A DNA stretch of 64,000 nt from Trypanosoma brucei (Eukaryota): NCBI GenBank assembly GCA_000002445.1, contig CP000071.1, positions 480,001-544,000 on the forward strand. The letters are read 5' to 3'. Under the pieces are notes generated by a model. The model was not told the DNA's origin. It made no database searches and saw nothing but the letters and a program-made list of their open reading frames with translations. Position 1 is the first letter of the stretch; every line of letters begins with the position of its first letter. Made by a program: the position numbers and the translations under genes. Shown here piece by piece: positions 31,166 to 42,800 of this stretch.

Positions 31166-31984
31166 ATGCCCGGGCAGGTTTCTTCAGCGTCCTTGCCACC
31201 GGTCATTTCCTCCGTTCAGGCGTACGTTAAGGCGTTGCTCCATTGCCACAAGTACCCAACGCAGGCGGTTTCCGGTTTCCTCATCGGTAAACGCATCAGC
31301 GCCACCAGCAACACCAACGCCAGCAGTCCTGCTTCCAACAGCTCCGCCGCCGCAACGCCAACGACTGTACTTGGTGCTAATGCGATCCCTAACTTCACAG
31401 CCAATGCGATTAGTGCTACCAATGCTGACGGTAATAACGTTAACAGCTCCGGTAGCAGCAGTGACGAAGCTGAATGTATTTTTGTGGCAGATGCCGTGCC
31501 GCTTTTCCACACCATCATAATGACAGATCCACACCCAATGATGACGGTTGCATATGCGCAGGTTTCCAGCTACGCCCGTACAAAGGGTCTTGTACTCTTG
31601 GGATATTACATCGCAAATGAACGTACGGGCGATACGGCTGTCTGTTCCCTCACGGAAAATGTACTGCGTATGCTTCACAGCAGAAAATCCGGTGTTCATG
31701 AGCCCCTGCTATGGAGAATTGTTAGCACACCGTCTGGTGACAGCGTGGATGTTCGTGGGGCCTACTACAACAGCGGCAGCAGCTCCTTCACAGACGCGCC
31801 GTCGCTCACGTTTGGTCGCTGGAACTCCGACACGCTTTCGTGTGAAACGACAGAGCCTAAAGCAGCTGCGGTTGAGGCGTTTGAGAACTCAATGGATGCA
31901 TTAAAACAATTTCAGTTAGTGGACTTTGAGGATCATTTGGAGAGCGTACAATTGAACTACCTCGACCAAACAGTCTCCGCCTGA
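31166..31984 (+). CDS. UPF0172 / EMC8-EMC9-like (MPN-like) protein carrying a low-complexity insertion
   Basis: The N-terminus 'VQAYVKALLHCHKYPTQAVSGFLIG' matches the EMC8/9 signature '…AYCKM(V)LHAAKYPHCAVNGLLVAE'. An S/A/N/T-rich insertion follows. Confidence 0.45.
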   Translation: MPGQVSSASLPPVISSVQAYVKALLHCHKYPTQAVSGFLIGKRISATSNTNASSPASNSSAAATPTTVLGANAIPNFTANAISATNADGNNVNSSGSSSDEAECIFVADAVPLFHTIIMTDPHPMMTVAYAQVSSYARTKGLVLLGYYIANERTGDTAVCSLTENVLRMLHSRKSGVHEPLLWRIVSTPSGDSVDVRGAYYNSGSSSFTDAPSLTFGRWNSDTLSCETTEPKAAAVEAFENSMDALKQFQLVDFEDHLESVQLNYLDQTVSA

Positions 31985-34036
31985 GGTGCCCCTTCTTTAG
32001 TTTCCTTTCCTTTCCTTCTTTCGTTCTTTTCTTTGACCTCACCTCACCTCACCTTGTTCTTTTTTATAGTTTTCCTCAGCTTTTTTAAACTTCCAACACT
32101 TCTGATTCTTGTTGTGTGAAGGAAGAGGAGTTGGGAGGTGAAGGCAGTTCATGGAGGGAGGATTTGGCAATGGATGGCGTGAGAAAAAATAAATAAATAA
32201 AAAAATATATATATATATTTAATATGTGTTCGTGCGAATATACGTGTATGTGTCTCTGCGAATGTGTACGTATGTTTGATTTTTACATATCGGTGAAGGC
32301 CTCTGAAGTTTCCTCTTTTAGTTACGCACACAGTTCCGCTGTGGCAATTATTGCAAAGTTGCGGTGCGTTTGTGTACTAGTGGGTTACTTTTCTCACCAG
32401 ATACAGTCCTTGTCGTTTGTTGTCGTACTTTATCCCAATGAACTTCCTTTTTTTTCTTCTTTTACCGTGATTTTTTTTTTTCCTCGGATGTGTTTTTGGT
32501 GATAACGCCCGAGTGTCTGTTTAACTGCTTTTTCAGGACTGAAGGGGGGAGGGGGGAGAATTAAGAAAAAAAAAAGAAAGTGCGTGAGTGAGTGTAGCAG
32601 CTATGAGGGGCAGGGGAAATGACGGTGGCGGCGACATGATTGGGGGGGGGAGGCAAAAGGCGAAGGGGAGAAAATATGAGGGAAGAGCTCGCGTTAAAAA
32701 AGAAAAAAGGATACATTCAAGCATATATATATATATATATCTTTCATGACGTAGGATGTGTGATGAGAGAAAGAGGGAAGGGAATGACCATCGGATTAAT
32801 GAAAACATTTCATAGCACATGTGGAGCGGTGTAAATCCTTCTGTTTCTGAGGCGCATGTGTGTTTGTGTGTGTCCATCTGTAAAGGATATGGGGAGAGTT
32901 TGTGTTGTGCGCAAAGGGGCGGAGTGTAGCGAAGGTTTAAATTGGGGAGGGGGGTGCTGCCATCTGTGGGCCTCACCCGGGTGATTAATGCACTTTAAAA
33001 GTGGGGAACGTGACACCCAAAGGGAGAAGGCACATTTTTCTAATTTTACTTGTGCGTGCTTTTGAGCTGCTGCATCTCTCCCCGCTCCCCTTTTTTGTCC
33101 TTCCTTCTTCTGTTCAGGTAATTAGGTTTAAGAGGCATGCCATAGTCGTCTCACTTGGGAGTCAACTTGTGATCCGTAGCATGTGGAGCGGGATGTGAGA
33201 GTCACACAAACGAGGGACATCGTCGGGGGCTCTGATTCAACTTCTGTGGGGCCAAACCGAAACAACACCTTCGAAGATATACTTCGTGTATTGTTTTTGT
33301 TGTTCACACAATATTTGCTTTTTCTTCCGTTACTTGGGTCTAATAAGTTACCTGCCCTGCTACGCTCGCACCGTCTACCTTTACGTGCACATTTCACTTC
33401 CGCCTATGCGCACTTGCAAACTTACACTTATGTAGTATATGTGTACACGTTGTGCTTTTGTTTCATCTTTCTTATTTTCCAGTGTGCGTACACGTATGGC
33501 TTCAGCATATTTAACCTGGTACCTTTGGCAGTTAGTAAGGCCACCACCAGTGCCCAACCCCACTGCCTGAGGAGGGCTTTTACTGATTATAAAAATACAA
33601 AACCAGGAGCAAGAAGGAACAAAATATTAGAAAGAAAGCGGCAGGAGGGGGGGGGAGGTGAGAGGGAAAGAAAGATGGGAGTCTCTAACTCTGGCAGTCA
33701 TTAGTGATATCAACCTTTCTCATCGCTCTGAAAGGATTATGTTTGTGCGTGTGGAATTCGCTTTGAGGCAATACGCACCTCTGTGCTCCCTTCCTTTACC
33801 ACAATACCAAGGGGGTTCAGGTGGTTAGTCATTTATTCCCTCTTTTCTCCTTTTTTCTTTGTTTCACTTGACCACTTGCCTCTTTAGATTGGTGGGCGCC
33901 TCCTCCCTTACGAACCCCTAGTACCGTACATATATATATATATATATATATTGGACTACAGGAGGAGGGGGAAGGAATTGCGCAAATACATCCATCACAA
34001 AAGAAGACAAAAGAGTAAGACGGAGACGCACTCGTA

Positions 34037-34870
34037 ATGTTACGCTGCGCTACCAGTTTTCGATGTTACATGCGCGTGATTTGCCTCACGATGGCTCCTG
34101 ATGGCGCCATGACAAGTGCTTTGCGAAAATTGGACTACACGCCGTACACGCTGCGAAGCGCTTTCTCACAGGGCCGTGCCAACCGTCACCCGACTGAATG
34201 GGCTTCTGCTCTACGGGGCGAGCGGGACATTGACTTGTGCAAACTGATGGCAGATTTTGACGCTGCTGTGGGGCCTCCGGCCGCTATGTTGTATGCCAAG
34301 CTCCTGCGCGAATGCCCGGATTATACGAAAGTGATATTAGTGAAGGAGACGGACAAACAACAATGGGCGCGAGAACACGAGAGATGCGTTATATCACTTC
34401 TGAAGGGACACCGCCACCCACCCCAAAACCGTATTGCTAAGGCATTTTACACAATATTGAGCGAAATGGCACCGCACCCGATCGAACAGCCGTTGGGGGC
34501 GATTTCAGGGAATGGAGATGATGACACTCGAATTTCAGGACGCGTGGACGCGCTGGAACGTTATGAAGCTGAGGTTTGCCGGGAGGTGCCTTCCAGTCGC
34601 TTGTTGGTGTATCATCACGGCGATGGCTGGGAGCCCTTATGTAGTTTTTTGGGGAGGGAAGTCCCTGGTGAACCATTTCCGCCTTATGATGGTGGAATGC
34701 ACGTAATTCGTAATCTCCATGAACGTGTCGAGCGTACTGAGAAAATAGCGTATGTAGCCGTGCTATTACTTGGTGGTACGGCATTGTATGCCTTCTTTCC
34801 AGTTTTGCTAGACATGAAGGAATATTTTGAAAAGTTGTACAGAGACTACCAGATTGCGTATGGACAGTGA
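34037..34870 (+). CDS. Sulfotransfer_4-like (P-loop sulfotransferase fold) protein with a C-terminal hydrophobic helix
   Basis: 'ADFDAAVGPPAAMLYAKLLRECPDYTKVILVKETDKQQWAREHE' matches the family core 'DFDxxxDxPxAxxYxELxxxYPxxKFILTVRDxxxWxxS'. The N-terminal 'MAPDGAMTSALRKLDYTPYTL' sits where the 'SRTGTTSLxxALxxLGY' PAPS loop would be, in degenerate form. Confidence 0.45.
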   Translation: MLRCATSFRCYMRVICLTMAPDGAMTSALRKLDYTPYTLRSAFSQGRANRHPTEWASALRGERDIDLCKLMADFDAAVGPPAAMLYAKLLRECPDYTKVILVKETDKQQWAREHERCVISLLKGHRHPPQNRIAKAFYTILSEMAPHPIEQPLGAISGNGDDDTRISGRVDALERYEAEVCREVPSSRLLVYHHGDGWEPLCSFLGREVPGEPFPPYDGGMHVIRNLHERVERTEKIAYVAVLLLGGTALYAFFPVLLDMKEYFEKLYRDYQIAYGQ

Positions 34871-36816
34871 TCGTTCGCTTTCCCTCTTGCCATCCCCTTT
34901 TACAATTGTTTGGTTACACGTAAGAGGTAGTGGCTTCTATGCAAATTGGTTCCACTCCATTGCTGTTGGCATATTTGTAAGAATATTTTGAGCAGTTGGT
35001 GTTCTGTGGTTTTATGGAAGCCTGTTTGTCATACTCCATCTTTGTCGTTATCATTATTTTTGTTATTATGCAGAGACCACAATACCAAAATCTGATAGCG
35101 TGTTTTACACATTAAATTTATTTCGTCCTTCATAGCTCTTTTTTTTTCTTTTTTTTTGTTTCGTGCGTCAAGTCCACTTGCCAGCCTTTCATATCGTACC
35201 TTTTGTTTTACCCTACACTTGGCGGTGTGGCGACCTAAATGGGCCAACTTTTTGTGGGCTCGCTTTTGTTGTTGTGAGTGAAAAAGGTGCTTACGATTTT
35301 TCTTTTTTTTTTGTTTTACTCTCCAACCATTTGTTCTTTCCTCCTCTTTTTTTTTCTATTTTCTGCACATTTTTGTGGGGTCGGTAGTGTTCTTTCGTTT
35401 TGTTTTTGGTTCTTCCTTCTTTTAACACCGGCTGGGGTGAGGCCTCTCCACGTGTCATCCATTACCATTTCATTCAATGCTACTGGAATGTATGAAATTA
35501 CAAAATTGAGGGGTAAGAGAGTTGTTAGGATGGATGAGGCAAAGGAAAAAAACGCAGGGGGAAAAGAAAACAACAGCAACATAAAAAAAAGCGCAAATGG
35601 ACGATATCTGCTGCACATATTAGAGGACGAAGTGCCACGCGGTTGGTGCGTTTTGTATTAGTTTTCCCTGTTAAATAGCTTCTAATTATTTCTTGATTTT
35701 GAAGTTTATTGAGGCGTTGTTATTGTTATTGCTGTTGTTGTTATTGTTGTTCCTTCGGTTATCATTGGCCACTATCGCTTCCGAGATGAACAATTTTGAA
35801 TTGCCTTTGTTGGTGACCTCGATGTCTTTCCTTACACCACTCGAATGTGGTGGGCGCGGTGTAAACTTGACTGTAAAGTTTCAACTCTTCCTTCATCTCT
35901 TGTTTTCTGCATTTTTCCATTTCCATATGGACACGTTTATCTGTATGCATATATGTTTACTTATTTGTGTACATCTTCCTTCCTTCCTTCCTTCCCTCTT
36001 TTCTTTTTTTTTCCCCCATTCCTGTTTGCTGTGGCAGAGTAGCAGTGTGGGTGCGTGAAGGTTTGTGCGCATTGTGCAGCAGCAGCGTAGTGCTCAGGAG
36101 GAGGGGGGGGGTCCAGAGTATTTTTTTTCCCCCTTTACAAAAAGGAGAAAAAAGAAAGTACGGTGGGAAGAAGTGAGGAAGAAAGGTTACGAGACCTAGA
36201 AGGAAGAAAAGAGAAAGGAAGAGAAGGAGGTGAAACAAAACCCGAAGGTGTAGGTGGGGGAAAAAAGCAAAAGAAAAAAAGGACAAATATAAATACCAAT
36301 CAAGGAAGAAAGAAATAAAGAGGTCAGTGGAAGTGAGAGAAGAGAGGAGCACAAGTGGGTGCAACAAGAGGGAGTGTGTAAAAAGAGGTTTATTAAGCAC
36401 ATCAGAAGAAAGGGAAAGGTCAGCACGCATAGGTGAACTGCGGGAGAACAGGAACAAAAGCAGGTTGAAAGCAGAAGAGGGGGAAGGTTTTTCTTTTCCT
36501 TTTTTCCCCCTCTCAAAAAAAGAGGCTTCACAAGGTTCAAAGCGGTCGGCACAACCGAAAACGAAAGAGGAAGATAAGGGCGAGACAAAAAACTCGGGGG
36601 ACGGGTACAAAAGGCTGGTGATCAACACTGGAAGCCGAAGCTTCGAGTGGAAAGTTGAAGAGACCAAGTCATTGGACTGTAGGAAAGGGGCGTGACGACA
36701 TTGTGGCATTAAATACCGCAGGGGAGGGGTTCAATTCCGTTGGAAAGTAAAAGTAAAGACCAAATAGTTTTTTCCATTATTTATTATTTACCATTGGAAG
36801 CAGAAGAGAGACTTGA

Positions 36817-39800
36817 ATGTTGGCAGTACGAGGGCGTGCCGGTTCTTTTCGCAACCAAGGGGGTATGACATTTCAAGGAAATGAGTATCATGTTACTCAG
36901 CAGTTACAACTTCTTCCCCCCGTGCTTCAACGTTATGTGGGGCGTCTGCACGAGTGTTTGGTTGACTGCCGGCTAACACCACAGGTGTTCCATGAAATAC
37001 TGAACGACGAGGAGTTTTTTCGTGATGTAAGGGGCTCTTACAACAAGAGGTTTGGGGATATTATTAAGACAGTTGCTGGGGAGTGGTGGAGTACATGCAT
37101 GAAGGACATTTTGCAGAGAGTTAGTAGTGCAGCTGATGGAGTGGACAATGCCCCCGCTGCTTCGTGTAGCGCTGTTCGTGCAGCGAATGAAGAGACAACG
37201 GAGGGGACATCAAGTTTGGATCAAGTCCTGCCCGGGAAGTGTGACGATGAGGCTTCAAGCATTGAAGTTTGTAGAGACCTACGGGCTGTGTTGTTACTCG
37301 CGGTCGTGGTGTGTTCACCATACTGTGTGATCCGGGGACCAGACACTCCTGTCATTACATGTACCGCTCGTGTTATGCTTTGCCGTGACCCATCTATAAT
37401 TTACCTGGGTCTCCTCATAAACCTCGCGCAGTCAAACCAGGCCGAGAGGTCGCTTGATAGTGCCATGGTACTCCGCACACTTGCCCATGGGTGGGGTTCG
37501 TCCCCCACATTTGAAGATGTTGTAAAGTGCTGTCTCCGTGCCCGTCGTCGCAGACAACGCCGCTTAGCTGCTCCGAACGAGGAGGAACAAGTAAATGCAA
37601 TTTCTACTGAAGAGGATGATGCCGAGGAAGCGGCTGACATAGCACTCTTGCAGCTGCCTGGTTTGGTTAGGGACCCACTTCAGATTGTCCCCGACCGCAG
37701 TGCTGCCCAGTCTTCCGGTGGTGGAGGGAAGTGCATGTCCGACTCGCTGCACATTGGGCGGTGTGTTTTACAGAGCATGGCGAGCGCTGCAGGCAATCCG
37801 GAGCGTCTGCTTTGGTGGTGCCGTTGTCGGTTGCTCTGTATGCAGTTGTTATCGCCAGCTGACTGTGAGGAACTGTTGGCTGGACCATCATGCGATTTCT
37901 TTCGTAGCTTGTGGAAGGTAGAGCGCATGTTTGGTGACATTTTAGACCTTGCGGAACATGATGACGATGGGGAGGAGAGTGATGCGTGCTACGGTGGTAT
38001 TAGCAGTACTAGTGGCGTGGGCAGCGCCCCGACGGTGGCTGCTCTTGTTGGGATAGTAGCTGACATTGTGCGTGGGTGGCATAGGGCAGAAAATAGTGGT
38101 GGTGCAATGGGGAGTATTGTTTTAAACTACACGTCGCGTAACCCATTCGAAACAGTGAACCGAGTCGTGCCCGGGCACCGCAAGTTTCAGCAGCGGAGCC
38201 ACCGTTGCCTTGCGCGCGACTGGCAGTACGGACTCTTAGTGCAGTATCACAGTACACACTTGGCGGTTTTTCCGCACCCCAACTCGTCATATGCCACGAT
38301 GTTGCCTGTGATGGTCGCTCAGCTGACCGACGTGTTGCGGCATTACCCGCACTACAGCCCTATTCAGCTCATGTACTCCCTGGCGCTCACGCGGGAGAAC
38401 ACAAACACGTCAGTTGCACTGAACTCGGGTCTTGTGCCTGCTATAGTAACAGTGATGAGAACGTACATGGATGAGAAACAAGAATATGGGGAAAACGCTA
38501 GTGCAGACAATGGGACAGAAGGAATTCGATACGGCTGGTCGTATAAGGCGGCAGGTGTGCTTCACTGGTGTTTCACTGTGCTAGAGCAACTGGCGACACT
38601 TTCTACACATGAATCCGTGAACCCTATAGTGTTTTTGCTGTCTCCTGCAGAGGAAGACGGCTATGAGTTGTGTCATCATATTTGTAAAAAGATTTTCTAC
38701 CCCGGCGGACATCCCGTGCTATTGGTCGCCGCATTCCGCTTCTTTTCTGCGTGCATTCATCACAACGTACGGGATGTTGTTCCTGCACTGCAACAGCGTG
38801 GCGTGTTAGACACACTACTGAAGATTGGGGAGAGTACGGATATTCTCGAGAGGTACAATTGCCCTAGAGGTGAGGCGAATTCAGAGGAAGGAGTAGCGGT
38901 TCAGCAAGCGGGAGAGGGCCAACCACCGCTTGCTACGAGTGTGAAAGGAAATAAGGTAGCACCGATTACACTTGCCGAGTACTCTGCTTACTATGAGCAA
39001 GCAGTGCCAATAGTGTGCATATGCAGTATGCTACAAGCCTTCGCTGTGCACAATAGCACGCACGCGAGCCTAGTCAATCGGATGATCATGCGGCGTTTCG
39101 TATGGAGTCTTACTGTCCCGTATTTTCCGGAAGTGTCATCTCCGCTGTCGGTTCCGTCGTCTCCTTCTACTCTCGCTGTGCTTTGTGTGGAGAGGGTGGA
39201 GCCCCAGCGTGTATTCACAAGACTAGCTGCTGCCGCTGGTGTGGACCTGCTCGTGCTCATACGCACCCTTCCGCCGCTGCAGGACTACTTTTTCGAGTCC
39301 GTGGAAGAGACCCTGAAGTCTCTTATTGAGGAGGCTAAACAGAAGGGACCACCACTAAGGGATGTTGGCCTGTCTATGTGGAACATACTTGCATGTTTCA
39401 GTGACCTCGAGTACAAGCAACTCGCGCAACGTGGTTCAGGTCGCCGCGGGCGCAGCCAACGTGCAGATCAAGCCAGTGAAGCAGCTGATGCCTTGCTTGA
39501 CAAGTTTAAGAATTGCGGTAAGGTGGTAGCAGGTTCTTTAGGCACTCTTCTGAAGCTTTCGTCGACAGTCCCCTTTGCTAGTCCCGTATCCTTGCTCAGC
39601 AATGGCAATGTGTTGACTTCTAATCTCTTCGACGTTCAGTGCATGATGTTCGAATCGCTTACACGTGAGGTAATCCAGTTTGCATCTGATATTGTAAAGG
39701 ACGCTCTGCAAGGGGGGAACAATGGTGTTTTGACGGAGGAGCAGGCAGGAGCACTGTGGTCCTTGTTTTTCCTGTTCTTTCGAAAGACTTCTCACGGCTC

Positions 39801-42800
39801 GTCGTCTGCAAATGGCACAAACCACTTTCGTCGCGATCTGGCCAACGTTATTTTTGACGCGTTCATTGCACTTGAGATGGCGACCGGCACACAGAGGACA
39901 CAAGAAGAGTCTGCAGGGTCTGCGGTCCCTGCGCTTACCCCGGTAGCTGCTTCCCCAACGGTTGGAGACCAGGTTATTGGTTTGATGGACGCCCATTCAA
40001 TGTGGAGCTCGGATTTCGAGTTGTCCGCACTAGCGAACAACTTGCTGAGTAGCGCTTTGTCCATGGCTTTACCTCCGTCAGATCGGTCGCCTGCCAACAC
40101 CCCCCTAAACTTTTTTGCTGCTGTTGTTGATGGAGCCAACGCCGGTAACGATGCCTTCGGTGTCAGGCACGTTGATACGACGTCTGCTGATGCAGAAAGG
40201 GGGAATACGGAAACAGGCCCGAATGCCGTTAGTGGTTCGTCCAGTGCTGTGGAGCGATTCCGCAATGATGTGTCCAGGCTTCTCACTTCGTCGCAGACAC
40301 GGCACCGGCACTCTCTACCAACTTTCCATACACATTATCACGGGAGTGGGGTGCCGCTAAATCCTCATACATCTGGCTCGGGTCACATTATGTTAGTCGC
40401 CCCATCGTACATCCTTGGTGGAGTGCGGGAGCTGCTTCAGAAAGTGGCAAAATCTGTGACGGCTGCTGCAAGGGTGCGCAAAGAGGAGGAGGACATAAAG
40501 GAGGAGGGCGATACCAGTGAAGCCGGGTGTCCACCTCAGAAAATGCAGTGGGAACAAATGCATCACTTTGCGGCACTTGAGGCTGTGGATCTTGCGCCCT
40601 TGCGGGAGGCGGAAATGCGTTTGCAAGCCGCGGAGGCGGCGCTTTCCGTTGGTTGGAAGTACATTAGTGGGAACAGTGGTTTGGTAGCGTTTCTTCATAA
40701 TATTATAGGAAACCTCTGGCGAATTACGGAGTGTCTTTTGCCAGTGCAGAATAGCCAGTTGTTAACGGGACCGTTGTCGTCGACATCTTCTGCGTTGGTG
40801 AATAATCCTTGTAACTTCTGTGGTGTCGGCGGCGTGGCTGAAAGGGGGAGTGCGGTTGCCACGAGCGACACGACTGCGAACTCGGGTGCCACCGCAGGAC
40901 CACCATTAGATGCAGAAAAACTGAAGACAGTTGTTGGATACTTGACTGGCATCCTCGAGGCACTGCTGAAGCTACCTCCCGACCGTGGTCTCCAGCGATT
41001 TCCGTGGCAACCGAGGTTGCTTTACTTTGCACTCATTACCTGGCGGTCGCGTGGGCTCGAGCTGAGTCCGGCGATGATACTTGGAGCGCTTGCGCATCTG
41101 GTGGATCTGGGTAGTGAAGTTTTTAAGCGGGGTGCCACTGTGATATCTCCTTCGATCAGCGCTTGTGAAAGTGAAGTGGATGTGGAAGCGGTGGGGGATG
41201 ACCGATCGCCGCTCACTCTAGGCTCCCCACCGCGTCCCGATTCCCATCATCCCAATCGCAGTGAGGAGGACAGCATGGTGAGGATTCGTGTGGCTGGCGA
41301 CTTCGCCGATCTGTTTGGTGAGGTGCTGCCATCTGTGTCACTGCGATCGGAGCGGCTAGTGCAACTTTCCCTTCGAAATAGGACGTCGAGGTCAGACACC
41401 CCTGTCGCTCCAAGAACCCCTGAAGTCTCGGCAACGGGGTTCCCTCGCGACACGGAGGAGTGGAGGGGGTTTGGACCTGTCTCGTTGGCGGAGTACGCCC
41501 CCTGCTGGGTTCTTGAGGTTGCAGCCACCATGCACGCTAATGACAAATCTGTAGGGAAAATGTGGGTGCTCATACGTCGGCTCTGCAGCAAGTTGTGCTG
41601 GATTTACCACACGTACAGTTCGCCAGTTTCCGCTAACTCGGGTGCAGGTGATGATGACCAGCCAAAAAAGGGTATTTTACTGATAGAAAGAATAATTCGC
41701 CTTGTTCTTGAGGACCCTGTTCGCAACTATACTCTTTTGGAATTTCTAGCCGTCGTTTTGTCGCAGGATGAGACCACAGCTCAACGCGAGGCACTTGTCA
41801 CACGAACTCAGCTTCCGTACGCCATATTGGATTGCATTGTGAAAGAAGTCAGGCGGATTGAAAATGAGCAGAACGAGGATGCTTCCAAGAGAAAGGAAAA
41901 GTGGTCTCTTCGAAACTCTATGCTAGGCCAACTCTTCTGTTTCCTGTCGTCGTGTTCAGTAGGCGCGCTGACGGAGAAGGGAACCGGGGCCTGTCCGCAT
42001 TACCGCGGTAATTCCACCAGCTTCTGTTGGATGGGGCACCTTTGTCCTCATCCCCACGTTGGCGATAAGTCCGGCTCGCACATGAGACGAGGATCTGCGA
42101 GGTCGTCAAAGGTGACGCGACAAATAGCAAAGGTGCTTGAAGAGTTTGGTTACAAAGGGGATGTTTCTCCTCAAGCCCCACCTAGTGAACTAGAAACGGT
42201 GACGTCGGACGCCGTAACCGGTGCGACATCACGGCGCGCCACTGGTCGCAACATGCGGGGCACTGAGGCACCAGGGCAAAACCCTGCTGAAAATGCAAGA
42301 AACGATGGGGATGAGACTGCCACTCACCAGGACGATGCAGTATCTGGAGTTTCTTCTGTCACGAAAAAGTGTGTTGATGTGAAGCTCAAACTGTCATCCG
42401 TCGTTGGAGGCACGTCGTCACTTCCAAAGTCTATGCTGTCTGAGTGCGCAGTGCTTGTTCTAGATTATCTTGCCGATGATGATGAAACAAACGAAGCTGA
42501 GAAGTGGGAGTCACTGAATACGGAGGATACGAGAAGCGACACCCTCTGTACCCCACGTCACGTTGCTCGCCGTGCCGCCAAAGTGAGCGGTGAAACGAAC
42601 GTATTGGAAACACCCATAATATGCATTGCTGTGGCGTTGTTGGCCCAGTTGTTGGACGCGGGTGATACCACACTACTGTCTCACATATACAAACTTAACG
42701 AAACATCGAAGAAGGGCTTTGTTATGCGGGCTGTTTCCCGGTTGCTGAGGGAGGATATGATACCCACCTCGGTTTGTGTGCATGTGCTTAAAGCCCTCGT

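Noticed and set aside
33183-33704. 173-aa + strand ORF in the long gap before the Sulfotransfer_4-like gene
   Set aside because: The sequence is low-complexity (L/F/Y-rich), has no recognisable domain, and its start lacks an ATG context with an upstream polypyrimidine tract. It is more likely UTR.
36700-36760. tRNA-like T-loop sequence 'GGTTCAATTCC'
   Set aside because: The flanking bases do not form a 5-bp T-stem (AGGGG versus CCGTT). No acceptor or anticodon arms can be built around it.
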